Source: an uncultured Candidatus Saccharibacteria bacterium
Lineage (GTDB): Bacteria; Patescibacteriota; Minisyncoccia; UBA6257; JAKLIH01
DNA: 64,000 bases
Direction: 5' to 3'
NCBI GenBank assembly: GCA_964475745.1
Contig: CAYYXO010000002.1
Coordinates: 11,679-75,678 of the forward strand
A model generated the notes under the pieces. That model ran no database searches. It had not been told where the DNA came from and saw only the letters and a list, made by a program, of their open reading frames with translations. A program made the position numbers and the translations under genes. Numbering within the stretch: the stretch's first letter is position 1; the number at the start of each line of letters is the position of its first letter. Positions 61,203 through 64,000 of the stretch are shown in pieces.

Positions 61203-62423
61203 TTAAAAATCCGAGAAATCATCATAAACTTTGGCATGGATGTTTTTATTGATGTCTCCGTTGGTAAATAATTTTGTGTCTTTTTTGTTGGTGGTTTTAA
61301 CAATTTTTACTTTGTTTTTTACTTTTTTACATGTTTCTATTTGTTTTCTGGTGTCTTCTGGTATTTCTCTCATAATATCATTAAAAGATTCTTTATCTAT
61401 TTTGATTAAACCATTTCATTTGTCTAGTGGTTGCAAAATTTCTTTGATCTTTTTTCATTCATAAGTGTAGATTTCTTTGTCATTGATTTCAAAACAACCC
61501 TCATCACTTTCAAGTTTGAAGAGTTTTTTTTGAACAAGAAAGTTGTCTATTTGGCATTTGATTTTGTCAATCTCTTTTTCTAAAATTCTTTTTTTGTCAT
61601 GAAGAGTAAAATATTTGTTGATTAAATGCTTAGTACTTTGTTCGTCTTTAGGGATCTCTTTTTGTTGGTAGTTTCTAAAAGCAGGACAAATATTTTTAAA
61701 ACCACATCAATTGCATAAAATAGTTGGTTTTGGCGGAAAAATCTTTTCTTTTTCTATGTCTTTTATAGTTTTGATTATTTGGTATTTGGTTTTTTCTAAA
61801 TCATCAATATTTCGTTTGGTTTTTAGATGTTCTTGGTGGCGCAGAAAATACAAAGAAAGATCTAGCTTATCTAATTCAATTTTGGGTCATTTATTAATGA
61901 CAGCCATTGCATATATGGAAAGCTGGTTGTTGTCGTCAACATTTTTTTGAGTTGGGAGTCTTTTGCCAGTTTTGTAATCAACAATTTCATAGTGATTGTT
62001 TATTTTACTAATGCGGTCAATAATGCCAGAAACAATATGCAGATTATTGTTGGGCTCCTTTATTTCTAGTTCAAAAGGAGATTCAAGACCCAAAACAGTA
62101 AGTTTATCAAAATGATTGTTCTGGTAAAAGCCTTTAAGCATCATTATGCCTTCGTCAAAATTAAAGCCATTTAAATTTTTTTCTTTATTGCTTTTTAAGT
62201 CAAAATATTTGATTTCACCAAAATGAGCTTCATAAAAGGAAAGCAGATCTTTTAAAGATATTTTTTTTGGGTCATTTTCAAAGAATCATTGTAAAACGTA
62301 ATGCAAATAAGTGCCAAAAACAGCTGCTTCTGATTTTGGCTCAATTAACTTGTCTATTTTGCCCAACTTGTATTTATGGGGGCATTGTTTGAATGTTTCT
62401 AAAGAAGAATGTGAAACGCGCAT
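61203..62423 (-). CDS. Cas4-like/RecB-family PD-(D/E)xK nuclease with a 4Fe-4S cysteine pattern (about 406 aa, about 6 in-frame TGA)
   Basis: Minus-strand frame rejoined across TGA. N-terminal QCPHKYKL supplies the first Cys. The nuclease core is GIIDRISKINNHYEIVDYKTGK...QLSIYAMAV. The C-terminal CNWCGFKNICP supplies CxxCx5C. Only the 85-aa piece at 61887..62144 is visible in the ORF track. Confidence 0.65.
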
Positions 62424-62538
62424 ATATTTTGTTTAATTGAATATATAAAAGTATAACAAAGATGAGGATAAAAAACAATATTGAAAACATCCATTAATTG
62501 TGGTATAATGTAAGCAGATACTTGAAAAGGAGGTAAAA

Positions 62539-62670
62539 ATGTTTTGGAAGGGGTTGGCTGTTTTAGTTTGTTTCCATTTTGTCAATTTGTTGTTAAAAGT
62601 TGTCTCAAAAGGAAAAAAAGATATGAGATCTAAAAGATTGATCGAAGATATCAAAAGATTTAAGAAATAA
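62539..62670 (+). CDS. small hypothetical protein (43 aa) with a perfect Shine-Dalgarno
   Basis: GAAAAGGAGGTAAAAATG gives an AAGGAGGT SD 7 nt upstream. There is one hydrophobic helix and a weak hairpin plus T-run downstream. Confidence 0.3.
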   Translation: MFWKGLAVLVCFHFVNLLLKVVSKGKKDMRSKRLIEDIKRFKK

Positions 62671-62754
62671 ACCGTATTTTGAAGAAAAATGCGGTTTGTT
62701 TTTTTGAATAAATTTGATACAATTTATTTAATAAAATAAATTATAAATATTTGT

Positions 62755-63603
62755 ATGAAAAAAAAGATTGAAAAAATAGCTTTCTTTTACAATGAAAAGA
62801 ACAGAAAGGCAGCTGTTTGGGCAAAAGAAATTAAATTGCTCGTAGGAAAGTTAAACAAAAGTATTGTTTTTACGAATGAGCAGCCAGATGTGGTTTTTGT
62901 TTTGGGAGGAGACGGCATGATTATAAGAGCCATAAAGCATTTTAATTACAGCCAAGCTTTGTTTATGGGTTTTAATTTGGGCAAAGTGGGATTTTTGATG
63001 TCAGTAAGAAATCAGAGATATTTTTTAGAAAGTGTTAAAAAGTTTTTTGAGGGGGAATATTTTGTAAGCTCAAGAAATCTTTTGAGAGTTGAAGTGATAA
63101 GAGATAATAAGGTGGTATTTAAAGATAATGTTTTAAATGAAGTGGTGGCGCAAAGTTTGCTTGGTATGGTCAATTTAGATGTAAAGATTGATGGCTTTCC
63201 TTTTCAAAATATTTTTGGCACAGGGGTTTTGGTTTCTACAACAACAGGGTCAACTGCTTATAACTTATCTGCTCATGGCCCAATAGTAATGCCAAGCATT
63301 GGTTGTATGATTTTGAGTGAATTGATGGATCATAATATACCAACTCCTAGCTTAATAGTTTCTTTAGATAAAAAAATAATAATTGATGTGGTGGAGTTTA
63401 GAAAAAAAGATATTGTTAAGATAAAACAAGGGGGAGGAATGATAGAAGCAGATGTTTTATTAATAAGCGATGGCCAGCAGTTGTTTTCTTTAGAAAAAGG
63501 AGATAAGGTTGTGGTCAAAAACAATAATAAAAAGGTTGATATTGTGGAGCTAGATAAAGACTACTTTTTGTTTAGCCTAAAAGATAAGTTTTACAAGAAA
63601 TAG
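62755..63603 (+). CDS. nadK: NAD kinase
   Basis: GGDGMIIRA motif, an NE/DV box and the overall length fit NadK/PpnK. Confidence 0.85.
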   Translation: MKKKIEKIAFFYNEKNRKAAVWAKEIKLLVGKLNKSIVFTNEQPDVVFVLGGDGMIIRAIKHFNYSQALFMGFNLGKVGFLMSVRNQRYFLESVKKFFEGEYFVSSRNLLRVEVIRDNKVVFKDNVLNEVVAQSLLGMVNLDVKIDGFPFQNIFGTGVLVSTTTGSTAYNLSAHGPIVMPSIGCMILSELMDHNIPTPSLIVSLDKKIIIDVVEFRKKDIVKIKQGGGMIEADVLLISDGQQLFSLEKGDKVVVKNNNKKVDIVELDKDYFLFSLKDKFYKK

Positions 63604-63630
63604 CCCAAAAGCGGCTTTCTAGAAAGGAGG

Positions 63631-63659
63631 TTGACAAGATTAAAAAAGTTTGCTAGTAT
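63631..63659 (+). promoter_or_regulatory. sigma70-like promoter TTGACA, 17 nt, TGcTAGTAT
   Basis: Read directly from the sequence. It drives a short structured transcript. Confidence 0.45.
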
Positions 63660-63665
63660 ATTAAT

Positions 63666-63736
63666 AGTTGAGTGATAGAGCTTCGGCAATATTGCTCAAC
63701 TACTGAAAGAAATCTGTTTTCGGACAGGTTTTTTTC
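63666..63736 (+). ncRNA. candidate small RNA or leader: two hairpins ending in an intrinsic terminator
   Basis: Hairpin 1 is ttgagtgatagagcttcggcaatattgctcaa, containing a UUCG loop. Hairpin 2 is ctgttttcggacagg followed by TTTTTTT. It sits between a consensus promoter and the next ORF at 63901. Confidence 0.3.
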
Positions 63737-63900
63737 TTTTATTTTAGAAATTGGCTAAATTATTGATATTTGCTAAAAAAGATGCCTATTGGTAAGGTTT
63801 TTAAAATTGTATCGGGGGTTGATTTTTTTGTAAAAATTAGCTAAAATAATAAATAGGAAAATAGCTTAAGCTAGTTATTTAATAAATAAACAATAAAAAC

Positions 63901-64000
63901 ATGAAAAAGAAAAATATAATAATGATTATTGTGCTGATTGTTATTATTGCCATGGCAATGATTTGAGCGTTAAAAAATAGTGTAATTTCCCCAACCACAA
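63901..64000 (+). CDS. hypothetical membrane protein, 5' part only
   Basis: MKKKNIIMIIVLIVIIAMAMI-TGA-AL is a hydrophobic N-terminus that runs off the window. Confidence 0.3.

Overview
This is an AT-rich bacterial chromosome segment, almost entirely on the + strand. It reads UGA as a sense codon, and TGA repeatedly falls on invariant Trp positions: SecE KVxWP, NusG WYVV, LepB SRxWG, PheS HPARDMWDTFW, GyrB PEQLWETTMDP, Pol I EEGWxLVSxDYSQ, SpeH SIHTWPE. Translation table 4 is therefore the best fit, though a few sites (FtsA, FtsX) align with Gly. Nearly every housekeeping gene is split by TGA in the supplied ORF track, so I rejoined them by hand and all CDS coordinates are approximate. The housekeeping backbone is: secE-nusG-rplK; gatB; lepB; a divergent HisRS-like gene; rpsU-like; ybeY; ftsA-ftsZ; nrdDG; a split comEC; pheST; gyrB; gatCA; then after the rRNA region ftsEX; an ABC exporter; mscS; polA; a histidine kinase; queA-tgt-queH; speH; ctpA; rplI; rpmA (minus strand); nadK. 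Two tRNAs are present: Gln-UUG on the minus strand and Leu-CAA. The rRNA genes are unlinked and in non-canonical order: 23S-5S, then four protein genes (a PG-binding protein, a SEDS RodA/FtsW, MltG, RecR), then 16S with its own promoter. The 16S 3' tail has no CCUCC anti-Shine-Dalgarno and most genes lack an SD. A minority of GC-richer genes that encode Trp only with TGG do carry perfect AGGAGG sites, so they look recently acquired. The most interesting candidates are: (i) an accessory island downstream of 16S (about 31.8-38.9 kb) with foreign-looking genes, a tandem-duplicated-domain protein, a domesticated IS200/RAYT-like Y1 transposase, a G-rich structured non-coding element, and a Dam-family MTase, a small PD-(D/E)xK-like protein, a poly-acidic-tail protein and an HExxH protein in a row (candidate R-M/defence locus); (ii) a large secreted Cys-rich protein of about 728 aa with a Kazal-like motif; (iii) an orphan Cas4-like Fe-S PD-(D/E)xK nuclease; (iv) an ATP-cone plus Mrr-like nuclease fusion; (v) a HisRS homologue lacking the motif-2 arginines. 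No CRISPR array was seen.
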